A DNA stretch of 64,000 bases from Candidatus Dormiibacterota bacterium (GTDB taxonomy: Bacteria > Chloroflexota > Dormibacteria > Dormibacterales > Dormibacteraceae), in the NCBI GenBank assembly GCA_036513095.1, contig DATBZR010000078.1, positions 15,475 to 79,474 on the forward strand. The letters run 5' to 3'. Made by a program: the position numbers and the translations under genes. The notes beneath the pieces were generated by a model, which was not told the DNA's origin, made no database searches, and worked only from the letters and a program-made list of their open reading frames with translations. Within the stretch, counting starts at the first letter, position 1. Each line of letters opens with the position of its first letter. Below are positions 52,210-60,904 of this stretch, in pieces.

Positions 52210-52689
52210 GTGCTGCAGGTTGGCGACAAGGCCCCGGAGTTCAAGCTACCGACGACCGGAGGTTCCGAGCTAACCCTCGCGGACGCGCTCCAGAAGCACA
52301 AGGCGCTCGTCTTCCTCTTCTATGTGCTGGATTTCACGGGTGGTTGAAAGACGGAGTTGACCGAGTTTCGGTCAAGGCACGAAGCAGCCGTCGCCGACGG
52401 CATCGGCATCTACGGAATCAGCGTCGACTCGGTGTTCTCGCACCAGGCATTCGCCAAGGAGCTGGGCGGCCTGCCGTACGAGCTGATCGCGGACTTCGAG
52501 CGCAAGATGGTCACCGACTACGACGTGCGTCGAGACGACGTCGAAGGGTACTCGGGAATCCCGCGCCGCACGGTTTTCGTGATCGATGGCAGCGGGACCA
52601 TCACGTGGACCTGGATCACCTCGCGCGAAAAGCCGCAACCCGACTACGACCTCGTGATCGAGGAGGCTCGAAAGGCGGCGGGCATTTGA
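52210..52689 (+). CDS. AhpE/Bcp-like peroxiredoxin with in-frame TGA (candidate selenocysteine) at the peroxidatic position
   Basis: GTG 52210 gives VLQVGDKAPEFKLPTTGGSELTLADALQKHKALVFLFYVLDFTGG-[TGA 52345-52347]-KTELTEFRSRHEA...GISVDSVFSHQAFAKE...RRTVFVIDGSGTI. The track lists only the C-terminal 110 aa (TTG 52357) in the same frame. TGA aligns with Cys of the canonical DFT..C..E motif. Confidence 0.7.
52357..52375 (+). promoter_or_regulatory. SECIS-like stem-loop downstream of the in-frame TGA
   Basis: TTGACCG-AGTTT-CGGTCAA is a perfect 7-bp stem with a 5-nt loop containing GU. The stem starts 9 nt after the TGA. Confidence 0.5.
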
Positions 52690-53180
52690 ACGCTCAGCTC
52701 CACCGGATCGAGACTGAGTGGAACGAGCTGGCCAAGCTCGTGAACCAGCTGCAAGATGCTGACGGCCTGACCCAGGTCGGAACCGATGGGTGGACGGTCA
52801 AAGACCACCTGGCGCACGTCGCTGCCTGGGAGCACTCGCTGTTGGCCCTGGTCGAAGGTCGCGACCGTTCGCTGGCGATGGGTCTTCAAGAGTCGCCGCA
52901 AGAGATCGATGCGATCAACGAAGCAGTCAGAAAGGTGCACTCGACGGACACCGCTGAGGAGGCGCTCGGTTACTTCCGCGACGCACACGCGCAGCTGATG
53001 TCCGCGCTCGGAAAGCTGAGCGACGCCGACCTCCAGAAGCCATACAGCCACTTTCAGCCGGGCGACCCGGATGAGAAGCGGCCGGTGATCGAATGGGTCG
53101 CGGGCAACACCTACGAGCACTACGCCGAGCACATCGATTGGATCAATCAGCTCTTGAGCGAGTCGAGCGCCACCCGCTGA
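52686..53180 (+). CDS. DinB-superfamily / ClbS-like four-helix-bundle protein
   Basis: TTG 52686 overlaps the peroxiredoxin stop. Contains WTVKDHLAHVAAWEH...NTYEHYAEHIDWI (His-rich DinB-like motifs). The upstream part of the track ORF is out-of-frame shadow over the peroxiredoxin. Confidence 0.55.
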   Translation: MNAQLHRIETEWNELAKLVNQLQDADGLTQVGTDGWTVKDHLAHVAAWEHSLLALVEGRDRSLAMGLQESPQEIDAINEAVRKVHSTDTAEEALGYFRDAHAQLMSALGKLSDADLQKPYSHFQPGDPDEKRPVIEWVAGNTYEHYAEHIDWINQLLSESSATR

Positions 53181-54082
53181 GCCGCGCGCATTCGCAAGGC
53201 GGCCTCGATGGTGACCTCCGCGAAAGTCAGCTCATCTCCTGGCATCAGCTGAGCGGCCACGGGCAGAGCGGCGCCGGCGACCGTGGCGACGACGGGATAG
53301 CCACCCGCGGTCCCGTGGTCGGCCATCAGGAGGATCGGCTGGCCGCTGCGCGGCACCTGCAACGCCCCGAACACCAGGCCGAAGGAAAGCAGCTCGTCTC
53401 CTGAGAGCTCGAGCCTCGGGCCCTCGAGCCGGTAGCCCATCCGATCCGCATCGCGGCTGACCTGGAACGCCGACCCGAACAGCGCCTTGTGGCTTTCCGT
53501 GCCGAGACGAGTGACATGGGGACCCCCGATCGCCGCCAGGGTGTGGTTGGCGTAGTCGGGAAGCTCGTGCAGGGCGAGGTGGCGGCCGGAGATCGCGGGC
53601 GCAGCTTGCTGCCCCGCAACGGAGATGACGTCTCCCGCCGACAGCCGGCGTCCGTGCATACCACCCCGCGCGAGAAGCAGGTTGGTCGACATCGAGCCAA
53701 GCCACCGGTCCCCGGCAATGGCGCCGGCCACCGCGATGTAGCACCTGGCGCCCCAGCGCCGTCCGGCGAATCTGAGCACATCGCCTTCGCTCACGAACAC
53801 GCCGGTCCACATCGGCACCGGCCGGCCGTTCACGTGAGGGCCGAAATCGGCGCCCGTGATCGCGACCAGGGATGGTCGCAGGGCGACCAGCTCAGGACCG
53901 CTCAGCGTGCATTCGAGCGTGGCCGCGCCCTCGTCATTGCCGGCCAGCAGGTTGGCCGCCCTGTGCGCGAAACGATCCATCGCGCCCCCCGAAGGGACGC
54001 CGGCAGCCATCGCGTTCGGACGTCCGAGATCCTGGATCGTCGTGAGGAGCCCGGGCTTTTCCACGTGGAAGACCTCGCTCAT
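53147..54082 (-). CDS. pxpC: 5-oxoprolinase subunit C (KipA / allophanate hydrolase subunit 2 family)
   Basis: Contains PGLLTTIQDLGR, GVP.GGAMD and GGYP. Confidence 0.85.
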   Translation of the reverse strand: MSEVFHVEKPGLLTTIQDLGRPNAMAAGVPSGGAMDRFAHRAANLLAGNDEGAATLECTLSGPELVALRPSLVAITGADFGPHVNGRPVPMWTGVFVSEGDVLRFAGRRWGARCYIAVAGAIAGDRWLGSMSTNLLLARGGMHGRRLSAGDVISVAGQQAAPAISGRHLALHELPDYANHTLAAIGGPHVTRLGTESHKALFGSAFQVSRDADRMGYRLEGPRLELSGDELLSFGLVFGALQVPRSGQPILLMADHGTAGGYPVVATVAGAALPVAAQLMPGDELTFAEVTIEAALRMRAAQRVALDSLKS

Positions 54083-54735
54083 CCCTGGGCGGCGAAGAAC
54101 TTGACCCGGTCGCCGGCACGGAAAAGGGAGGGCGGATCCGAGTCGGGCAGGAAGAGCTTGACGGAGGTTCTTCCAAGGAGATGCCAGCCTCCAGGCGTGG
54201 CGAGCGGATAGATTCCAGTCTGCCGGCCCGCAATCGCGACCGAGCCTGCGGGCACCTTCGTCCGCGGCACCTGGCGGCGAGGCAGCTCGAGCTGTTCCGG
54301 CAGCGGCCCGAGATAGCCCCAGCCTGGGACGAAGCCGACGAAAAAGACGCGGTAGATGGGCTTTGTATGGATCTCGACGATCTTCGCTACATCGAGACCG
54401 AGCACCGCCGAGACAGCCTCGAGGTCAGGTCCGTCGTAGACCACCGGTATCCGATGAAGGCGGCCTGGTTCGGCCATCGGCGGTCGCCTGGAAGCGAGTC
54501 GCCTGATCGCGGTGGTGAGGGCATCGTGCGATGTCTGGTCCGGGTCGAAGTGGACAGTGACTGTCGAGTAGCCGGCGATCGCCTGGCGCACATCGCGCCG
54601 CTTCTTCAGCGCCGCAGCCAGAGCGATCGCTCTCGTATTGAGGGCGGTATCAAGCCGTGTGCCCAGCTCCGCCAGGAGCGCGGCCTCACCGAGCGGGTGA
54701 GTTCTGACCTTTGCTGTCGAGCGCTGCGCTGGCAT
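54079..54735 (-). CDS. pxpB: 5-oxoprolinase subunit B (KipI / allophanate hydrolase subunit 1 family)
   Basis: Contains ...VTVHFDP..., IPVVYDG.DL, GF.PGWGYLG and GSVAIAG.QTGIYP. Confidence 0.85.
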   Translation of the reverse strand: MPAQRSTAKVRTHPLGEAALLAELGTRLDTALNTRAIALAAALKKRRDVRQAIAGYSTVTVHFDPDQTSHDALTTAIRRLASRRPPMAEPGRLHRIPVVYDGPDLEAVSAVLGLDVAKIVEIHTKPIYRVFFVGFVPGWGYLGPLPEQLELPRRQVPRTKVPAGSVAIAGRQTGIYPLATPGGWHLLGRTSVKLFLPDSDPPSLFRAGDRVKFFAAQG

Positions 54736-55342
54736 GTGCGCTCACAAGAATGGCGTAGAGAACACCCGGCACGATGCCCACGAAGACGAGCCCGACGCAC
54801 GCCAGCCCGATCGCCCATGCCGTGACGATCGCGGCGGCCGCGAGGTTCCAGGTCGTGAAATCTCGTCCGACGGACCTGATCGATGCGCGAATGTCGAACA
54901 TGTCGCCCGCCCGACCGGAATGTGCGAACCGAGCGGTTGCGTGCGGCATGTGCAGCAGAAGGAGGAGCCCCCACGGGAGCGCGAGAAGGAAGAGCGCCAC
55001 GGTGTGGGAGTAGAGCTGGGCAACCGGCGCGTCGGTTGTGTGCCACAGATGTGCGTCGTAGAGCCATCCCGCGAAGGGATTGACGAGCAGGGCGAAAGGC
55101 GCGGTGAACAGCACCACGACGACCGTGGCCCAGAAACCATCGGACAAGAGCCGCACCGACAGCGTCCAGGGCGGAGGGCCGCCCGTGGCGTCGAGCTCAG
55201 CTGCTCTGGTGGCCGCGATGGCGTAGCCGAGGAGCGGGAGGAACGCGATCGGCAGCAGGAACACCATCAGGAGACCGGTGATCCATTTCGATTTCCACGC
55301 GCCCCGAAACGGCCACGAGAAGGATTGCGCGACCACCTTCAT
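54686..55342 (-). CDS. DUF4013-like polytopic membrane protein
   Basis: 218 aa with 5-6 hydrophobic helices and the N-terminus SFSWPFRG..W..K. Confidence 0.5.
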   Translation of the reverse strand: MKVVAQSFSWPFRGAWKSKWITGLLMVFLLPIAFLPLLGYAIAATRAAELDATGGPPPWTLSVRLLSDGFWATVVVVLFTAPFALLVNPFAGWLYDAHLWHTTDAPVAQLYSHTVALFLLALPWGLLLLLHMPHATARFAHSGRAGDMFDIRASIRSVGRDFTTWNLAAAAIVTAWAIGLACVGLVFVGIVPGVLYAILVSAHASAALDSKGQNSPAR

Positions 55343-55366
55343 GGTCGCAAACCTTATAGGTGCGGC

Positions 55367-55867
55367 CTAAAGCAGCGAGTCGATCGCCCCTACGAGCTTA
55401 GGATCTTCGGGGACGACCTTCGAGCGGAAGCGCCGGACGACCTTGCCGTCGCGCCCGATCAGGAACTTCTCAAAGTTCCATTTCACGTTGCCGGCCTTGC
55501 CGGCGTCATCCGCAGCCTCGCTGAGGATCTCGTAAAGCGGGTGCTGGTGGGAGCCCTTGACGTCGAGCTTGGCGAACAGTGGAAACGTGACCCCGTAGTT
55601 CCCGCTGCAGAACTCCTGGATCTTTTCAGCCGAGCCAGGCTCCTGGTTGAAGAATTGGTTGCACGGAAAGCCCAGCACGACGAAGCCGCGATCCGCATAG
55701 CGCTCGTTAAGCGCCTGGAGACCGGCGTACTGGGGAGTGAAGCCGCAGCGCGAAGCCACGTTGACCGCAAGCACGACCTTGCCCTCGTATTCGGAGAGCC
55801 GGGCAGGTTTGCCATCCAGTTTCGGCAGCTCGATCTCGTAGATCGAACGCGCTACTTCCTGAGCCAC
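55367..55867 (-). CDS. gpx: glutathione peroxidase (Cys type)
   Basis: Contains NVASRCGFTPQY, LGFPCNQF and WNFEKFL. Confidence 0.92.
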   Translation of the reverse strand: MAQEVARSIYEIELPKLDGKPARLSEYEGKVVLAVNVASRCGFTPQYAGLQALNERYADRGFVVLGFPCNQFFNQEPGSAEKIQEFCSGNYGVTFPLFAKLDVKGSHQHPLYEILSEAADDAGKAGNVKWNFEKFLIGRDGKVVRRFRSKVVPEDPKLVGAIDSLL

Positions 55868-55989
55868 ACCTAACAGAAGGGTGTCTGGACCGTTCCTATT
55901 CCCAGAGCGAGACCTACACCAGCGGGTTCGCCGGCAAGGCGAGCTAGCAGACCCGCTGCTGATGTTGGACTGGGCGCGTGCCCGCTACC

Positions 55990-56601
55990 TCAGCCTTTCT
56001 TGAGCTGGACCTCGTAGCCATCCTCGGTCGGGTTGACCTCGACGTCGCCCGCCTTCAGACGCACCCCGCTGTCCACGCGCGTGGCGATGACCGAACCCTC
56101 GAAGACCAGCTCTTCGAATCGCCATTCCTTACCGCGCTTGCGCATCTTCACGACCACGCCCCCCGGGCTGCGCCACACGCCTTCGCCCGAAGGCCTGAAG
56201 CCCCTGGTCACGAGCTCGCCCAGCTGGTCGGGAATCGCCTCCGGCGGCGGCTTTGCGGTGGGCCAGACCACAGGCCTCTCAGGCGCCCCGGGTCGCGGCG
56301 GGGCGTCCCCGCGGGTGGGATTGCGGAACTTCGCCTGCTCCAGGGACAGCCGGAGCAGCTCAGACCCCTCGTCCTGCTCGAAAAAGGCGCCGGAGATCCG
56401 GCCCTGGTCCCTCGAGCGCCGGACGCAGTTCGAGCAGTCGGCCCCGGTTTCGACGGCCGCGAACGTGCCCGCGGCCAGCGTCTGGCCGCAGAGGGTGGTG
56501 ACGGGCCCGCTCTTTGGAACGCGCGGAGTCAGGTGGATCCGCCCGCCGGTCTTGCGCCTGACCGACTCGAGCTTCAGCTGCTGGACGCTCATCGGAGTCA
56601 A
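55990..56601 (-). CDS. hypothetical protein
   Basis: 203-aa ORF with a CG...C.NC zinc-ribbon-like N-terminus and a Pro-rich linker. No family recognised. Confidence 0.4.
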   Translation of the reverse strand: MTPMSVQQLKLESVRRKTGGRIHLTPRVPKSGPVTTLCGQTLAAGTFAAVETGADCSNCVRRSRDQGRISGAFFEQDEGSELLRLSLEQAKFRNPTRGDAPPRPGAPERPVVWPTAKPPPEAIPDQLGELVTRGFRPSGEGVWRSPGGVVVKMRKRGKEWRFEELVFEGSVIATRVDSGVRLKAGDVEVNPTEDGYEVQLKKG

Positions 56602-56644
56602 TCATGGACGTCCGGCTACTCGGTTGGCCGGCCCGCCGCCGGTC

Positions 56645-57589
56645 TCAGCTCGTTGCGGGTTTCTTGCCGGAGTGCTGAAGCCTCAGGTTCGGCAGCGGCG
56701 TCAGGCTGGCCTCGACCTGGGCGCGAAGGTGCTCGAAAGCGGGCGGCAGCGAGAGCCGCTCGCCCAGGTGCTCCTTCGGTTCGTCGGAGGCGAATCCGGG
56801 GCCCTTGGTGGCGATCTCGAACAGGACGCCGCTCGGTTCGCGGAAGTAGATGGACCGGAAATAGAACCGGTCGATCACCGGAGTCGGATCGCCCCCGCCG
56901 GCGATCACGCGATCGCGCCAGGCCTCGTGATCCTCCATCGTCGACGCCCACGCGACATGGTGCACAGTGCCCGCGCCGCCGAGTCCGCGCGCCTCGGGTG
57001 CCGGGTCGTAGATGTAGTAGGACCCGCGCGACTCCCCGCGCGATTCGAACGAAAACACGTCTGAGCTGGTGAAGCCGAGAGCTTCGGTAAGGAACCGGTG
57101 GCTCGCACCTTTCTGCCGCTCATAGGCCCGCACTCCGGCGAACCCCTGGAGGGCGAACTGCCTGGGGATCTCGGGGTGCTCCGCCAGGAGCGGCTGGTCG
57201 GCGCTCGGCTGGGTGGTGAGCTCCAGGCCAAGGCCCTCTGGGTCGTTGAAGCGAAGACGGTCGCCGTCGAGGGTGGATTCAATCCCGGCAGAGGCAAGCC
57301 GGCGAGCCCAGAACTCCAACGCCTCGTGCGAGGCGACCCTGACCCCGATCCGGTGGATCATTCCCGCGCCGGCCCGGCCGCGCGCGAGGCCCGGGTATTC
57401 GAAGAAGGTGAGGTCGGCGCCGGGGCTGCCGTCCTCGTCCGCGTAGAAGAGGTGGTAGACGGCCGGGTTGTCCTGGTTGACCGTCTTCTTGACCAGCCGC
57501 AGCCCCATCACCCCTTCATAGAAGAGAAGGTTCTGAGTGGCGTCGGCCGTGATGGCGCTGATGTGGTGGATTCCGTCGAGCTTGTCCAT
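56645..57589 (-). CDS. VOC-superfamily ring-cleaving dioxygenase (MhqO-like)
   Basis: Two glyoxalase/VOC modules: GIHHISAI...FYEGVMGL, and VHHVAW.... Confidence 0.8.
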   Translation of the reverse strand: MDKLDGIHHISAITADATQNLLFYEGVMGLRLVKKTVNQDNPAVYHLFYADEDGSPGADLTFFEYPGLARGRAGAGMIHRIGVRVASHEALEFWARRLASAGIESTLDGDRLRFNDPEGLGLELTTQPSADQPLLAEHPEIPRQFALQGFAGVRAYERQKGASHRFLTEALGFTSSDVFSFESRGESRGSYYIYDPAPEARGLGGAGTVHHVAWASTMEDHEAWRDRVIAGGGDPTPVIDRFYFRSIYFREPSGVLFEIATKGPGFASDEPKEHLGERLSLPPAFEHLRAQVEASLTPLPNLRLQHSGKKPATS

Positions 57590-57647
57590 GTGTACCTATT
57601 TCTACCCAAAAAGTGATGATGTTTGTTCCTCCCCGGATAATCGGCCC

Positions 57648-58343
57648 GTGGCGATCACGGTCGTGGGGCTCGACGGCGATGACACGCTGTGGCACAACGA
57701 GACCCGATTCAACCTGACCCAGGGGGAGCTCAGAGACCTGCTCCACCGACACGCCCCCGAGGCGGACGTGGACGGGCGCCTGTTCGAGACCGAGATGAAG
57801 AACCTCGGCCTGTACGGCTACGGGATCAAGTCGTTCACGCTGTCGATGATCGAAACCGCGATTCAGCTCACCGAGGGGCGGATTCCGGCGTCGGATCTCG
57901 AGGTCATCCTCGGTTGGGGCAAGCGCATGCTCATGCAGCCGACCGAGCTCCTCGACGGCGTCGAGCCTGTGCTCCGGGAGCTGAGCCATCGCTACGACCT
58001 TCTCCTGATCACCAAGGGAGACCTCTTCGACCAGGAGAGCAAGCTGGCGCGGTCCGGGCTCGCCGACCTGTTCCTCGGCGTGGAGATCGTGAGCGAGAAG
58101 AACGTGGGCTCTTATCGCGGCATCCTGACGCGGCGCGGGATCAGGGCTGACGAGTTCGTGATGGTGGGGAATTCGTTGCGCTCCGACGTCGTCCCGGTTC
58201 TCGAGCTCGGCGCTCGCGCCGTGTACATCCCGTACCACGTGACCTGGAGCCACGAGCACGTGGCCGAGGAAGCGCTGCCGCAGTCCGGCTGGTACCGGCT
58301 GGAGGCGATCGGCGAGCTGAGCCGGCTGCTGGCCGGTTTCTAG
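57648..58343 (+). CDS. HAD-superfamily hydrolase
   Basis: GVG 57648 region: GTG 57648 gives VAITVVGLDGDDTLW (DxDxT motif I), plus LITKGD and MVGNSLRSD. Confidence 0.75.
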   Translation: MAITVVGLDGDDTLWHNETRFNLTQGELRDLLHRHAPEADVDGRLFETEMKNLGLYGYGIKSFTLSMIETAIQLTEGRIPASDLEVILGWGKRMLMQPTELLDGVEPVLRELSHRYDLLLITKGDLFDQESKLARSGLADLFLGVEIVSEKNVGSYRGILTRRGIRADEFVMVGNSLRSDVVPVLELGARAVYIPYHVTWSHEHVAEEALPQSGWYRLEAIGELSRLLAGF

Positions 58344-58414
58344 CTGAATGCCGAGCCCGGCTGCTGGCCGGTTTCTAGTTGAATGCCGAGCCCGGCTGCT
58401 CGCCGGGCTCTAAG
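58319..58414. repeat. about 35-bp tandem duplication (about 2.8 copies) of the 3' end of the HAD gene
   Basis: The copies are GAGCCGGCTGCTGGCCGGTTTCTAGCTGAATGCC, GAGCCCGGCTGCTGGCCGGTTTCTAGTTGAATGCC and GAGCCCGGCTGCTCGCCGGGCTCTAAG. Confidence 0.9.
58388..58410. terminator. GC-rich hairpin between convergent genes (candidate bidirectional terminator, no U-tract)
   Basis: GAGCCCGGC-TGCTC-GCCGGGCTC is a 9-bp perfect stem. It abuts the stop codon of the ABC ATPase gene. Confidence 0.4.
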
Positions 58415-59957
58415 AGGCGGCTGAGCGCGTCGCCGCGCCGCCGCCTGTCATCAAGAGCCCGAGCCGTTCCTCGGGCGCATCTCCGGGCTCGATGCTGACG
58501 ATCTTGCCTTCGTAGATGACCGCTATCCGGTCCGAAAGGGAGCGGATCTCGTCGAGCTCGGCGGAGACGAGCAGCACGGCGGCGCCCTGGTCCCGCTCGG
58601 CGACGATGCGCTGGTGGATGAACTCGATGGCCCCGATGTCGACGCCCCGAGTCGGCTGCGCCGCGAGGAGCACCCGTGGATTGCTGCCCATCTCGCGCGC
58701 GACGATCACCTTCTGCTGGTTGCCACCGGAGAGGTTGCGTGCTGCGGTATCGATGCTCGGTGTCCGGATGTCGAATTCCTTGACCAGCTTTCGCGCCCAT
58801 TCGCGAATCGCGATCAGCCTCAGCACAAACTCGCGCCAGGAAAACGTCGGAGCCCGCTCCCGCCCGAGGATCGAGTTTTCGGCGACCGAGAAGCTGAGCA
58901 CCAATCCCGTGCCGCGGCGATCCTCCGGTATGAACGCGATGCCGGCCTCTCGCTCGGTTAGCGCGTCAAACGTGGTCACGTCCTTATCGCCGAGCAGGAT
59001 CCGGCCGCCTGTGGCCCGGCGAGTCCCGGCGAGGACCTCCATCAGCTCGCTCTGGCCGTTCCCTTCGACCCCCGCGATGCCGAGGATCTCTCCCTGGCGC
59101 AGCTCGAAGGAAATGCCTTTGAGGGCCGGGACGCCGCGGTCGGAGTTCGCGGTCAGGCTCTCGACCTTGAATGCCACCTCGCCGGGCTTGGCGGGTTTCT
59201 TGTCGACTCGCAGCAGAACCTCGCGGCCGACCATCATGGTCGCGATCTCCTCTTCGTTCGTGTCCCTGGTGGTCAGGTGGCCGACAACTTTGCCGCGGCG
59301 CATGACAGTGATGCGATCCGAGATTTCAAGCACCTCGCGCAGCTTGTGACTGATGAAGATGATCGTCTTCCCAGTCTTCACCAGGTCTTTCAAGACGCCA
59401 AACAGCTCCTTGCTCTCCTGCGGCGTGAGCACGCCGGTGGGCTCGTCGAGGATGAGGATGTTGGCTCCCCGGTAGAGCACCTTCACGATCTCGGCTCGCT
59501 GCTGCAGTCCGACCGGGAGGTCGCCCATGCGTGCGTCCGCATCCAGCGCCAGACCGTATTTGCGCGTCAGCGCGGCGATCTCCTCTCGAGCCTTGGCGCG
59601 GTCGTAGAAACCAGGACCGGTCACCGGTTCCCGCCCGAGCATCACGTTCTCGCCGACTGTGAAGACCGGGATGAGCATGAAGTGCTGATGCACCATGCCG
59701 ATGCCGAGCGCGATCGCATCGCGCGGCCCGGAGATGCGGGCGGCCTTTCCATCGATCAGGATCTCGCCCGAATCTGCGTGGACCAGGCCGTACAGGATGT
59801 TCATCAGCGTGGATTTGCCCGCGCCGTTCTCCCCAACCAAAGCGTGGATCTCGCCCGCACGGACGGTGAAGTCGACCTGGTTGTTGGCGACAACGCCCGG
59901 AAACGCCTTGGTGATGCCCCGCATCTCGAGAGCGTTGGTCGCGACTTTCGTGCTCAT
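58410..59957 (-). CDS. ABC transporter ATP-binding protein with duplicated ATPase domains (sugar/nucleoside CUT2 type)
   Basis: Two Walker A motifs (GENGAGKST and a degenerate second), two LSGGNQQK/..QQR signatures, and 515 aa. Confidence 0.92.
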   Translation of the reverse strand: MSTKVATNALEMRGITKAFPGVVANNQVDFTVRAGEIHALVGENGAGKSTLMNILYGLVHADSGEILIDGKAARISGPRDAIALGIGMVHQHFMLIPVFTVGENVMLGREPVTGPGFYDRAKAREEIAALTRKYGLALDADARMGDLPVGLQQRAEIVKVLYRGANILILDEPTGVLTPQESKELFGVLKDLVKTGKTIIFISHKLREVLEISDRITVMRRGKVVGHLTTRDTNEEEIATMMVGREVLLRVDKKPAKPGEVAFKVESLTANSDRGVPALKGISFELRQGEILGIAGVEGNGQSELMEVLAGTRRATGGRILLGDKDVTTFDALTEREAGIAFIPEDRRGTGLVLSFSVAENSILGRERAPTFSWREFVLRLIAIREWARKLVKEFDIRTPSIDTAARNLSGGNQQKVIVAREMGSNPRVLLAAQPTRGVDIGAIEFIHQRIVAERDQGAAVLLVSAELDEIRSLSDRIAVIYEGKIVSIEPGDAPEERLGLLMTGGGAATRSAAS

Positions 59958-60904
59958 TCGCTGCCTGGCACGTAGGGAATGCCATCCGCGGCGGGAGGGC
60001 TGCTCCTGCCCACGAGCCCGGCGAGCACGACCAGGGTCAGGAGGTACGGCAGCATGCTCAGCAAATAGGGCGACGCGTGAATGATCGAGTTGTTTGCGTA
60101 GATCGCCTCACCGAGACCGAAGATCAAGCAGGCGATGAAAGCTCCAAACGGTGTCCACTTGCCGAAGATCATGGCCGCCAGCGCGATGTAGCCGCGGCCG
60201 TCGGTCATGTTCGGCACGAACGTGTTTGACACGCCTATCGCCAGGAACGCGCCGGCGAGTCCCGAGAGCAACCCGCTGGTGACGACCGCGCCGTAGCGGA
60301 TCAGGTAGACGTTGATGCCGGCGGTGTCGGCCGCCTGTGGGTGCTCACCCACGGCGCGGATGCGCAGCCCAAGCCGGGTCCTGAACAGGACGATGTGCGC
60401 ACCCACCAGGAGGATCAGCGCCGCGTAGACCACGACGTTCTGCTGGAAGAGGACCTGGCCGAGGAACGGGAGCTGGTCGAGCCCGGGGACGTTGAAGTTG
60501 GGCAGCAGCTCGTTCTGGGTCGCATGGCCGATGTCCTGGATGCCGTAGATGCGGTTGACCAGGAACACGGTTATTCCCGCCGCAAAGATGTTGATCGCGA
60601 TCCCACTCACGATCTGGTCCGCCCGGAACCGGATCGACACCACCGCGTGAACCCCGGCCATGATGCCGCCGGCAATGATTGCCACGCCGGTCGCAAGCCA
60701 GGGGTTGTGCCAGGCGAGGTCGGCTACGACGCCGAAGAAGGCGCCCGTGAGCATCATGCCCTCCATCGCGATGTTCACGACGCCGCTGCGCTCGGAGATG
60801 ACGCCGCCGAGCGCCGGCAGCAGCAGCAGCACGGCCGCGGCCAGCGTGGCCTGCCAGAGATTCGCAGTGACGAGCAGGTGGAGGATGTCGGAGAGGGCGG
60901 TCAT
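59954..60904 (-). CDS. ABC transporter permease (BMP/nucleoside system)
   Basis: Polytopic 316-aa membrane protein, translationally overlapped with its neighbours. Confidence 0.88.
   Translation of the reverse strand: MTALSDILHLLVTANLWQATLAAAVLLLLPALGGVISERSGVVNIAMEGMMLTGAFFGVVADLAWHNPWLATGVAIIAGGIMAGVHAVVSIRFRADQIVSGIAINIFAAGITVFLVNRIYGIQDIGHATQNELLPNFNVPGLDQLPFLGQVLFQQNVVVYAALILLVGAHIVLFRTRLGLRIRAVGEHPQAADTAGINVYLIRYGAVVTSGLLSGLAGAFLAIGVSNTFVPNMTDGRGYIALAAMIFGKWTPFGAFIACLIFGLGEAIYANNSIIHASPYLLSMLPYLLTLVVLAGLVGRSSPPAADGIPYVPGSE

Noticed and set aside
52344-52685. N-terminal 114 aa of the 278-aa plus-strand ORF 52344-53180
   Set aside because: It is out of frame over the peroxiredoxin gene and Arg-rich. 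Only the part from TTG 52686 shows DinB-like motifs.
55367-55867. Glutathione peroxidase as a second possible selenoprotein
   Set aside because: The catalytic residue in NVASRCGFT is encoded as an ordinary Cys within an uninterrupted ORF, with no in-frame TGA.
54734-57072. Long plus-strand ORFs (54734-55873 and 55978-57072, plus the nested 56033-57064)
   Set aside because: They are antisense to the DUF4013, gpx, hypothetical and VOC-dioxygenase genes. Their composition is dominated by Arg/Gly/Pro/Glu with no motifs, so they are treated as shadow ORFs. The same reasoning applies to 532-1224, 5320-6159, 22137-23084, 26847-27737, 36334-37473, 40307-41026, 41524-42582, 43895-44752, 58516-59349, 59277-59975, 60341-61129, 61126-61956 and 62526-63173.
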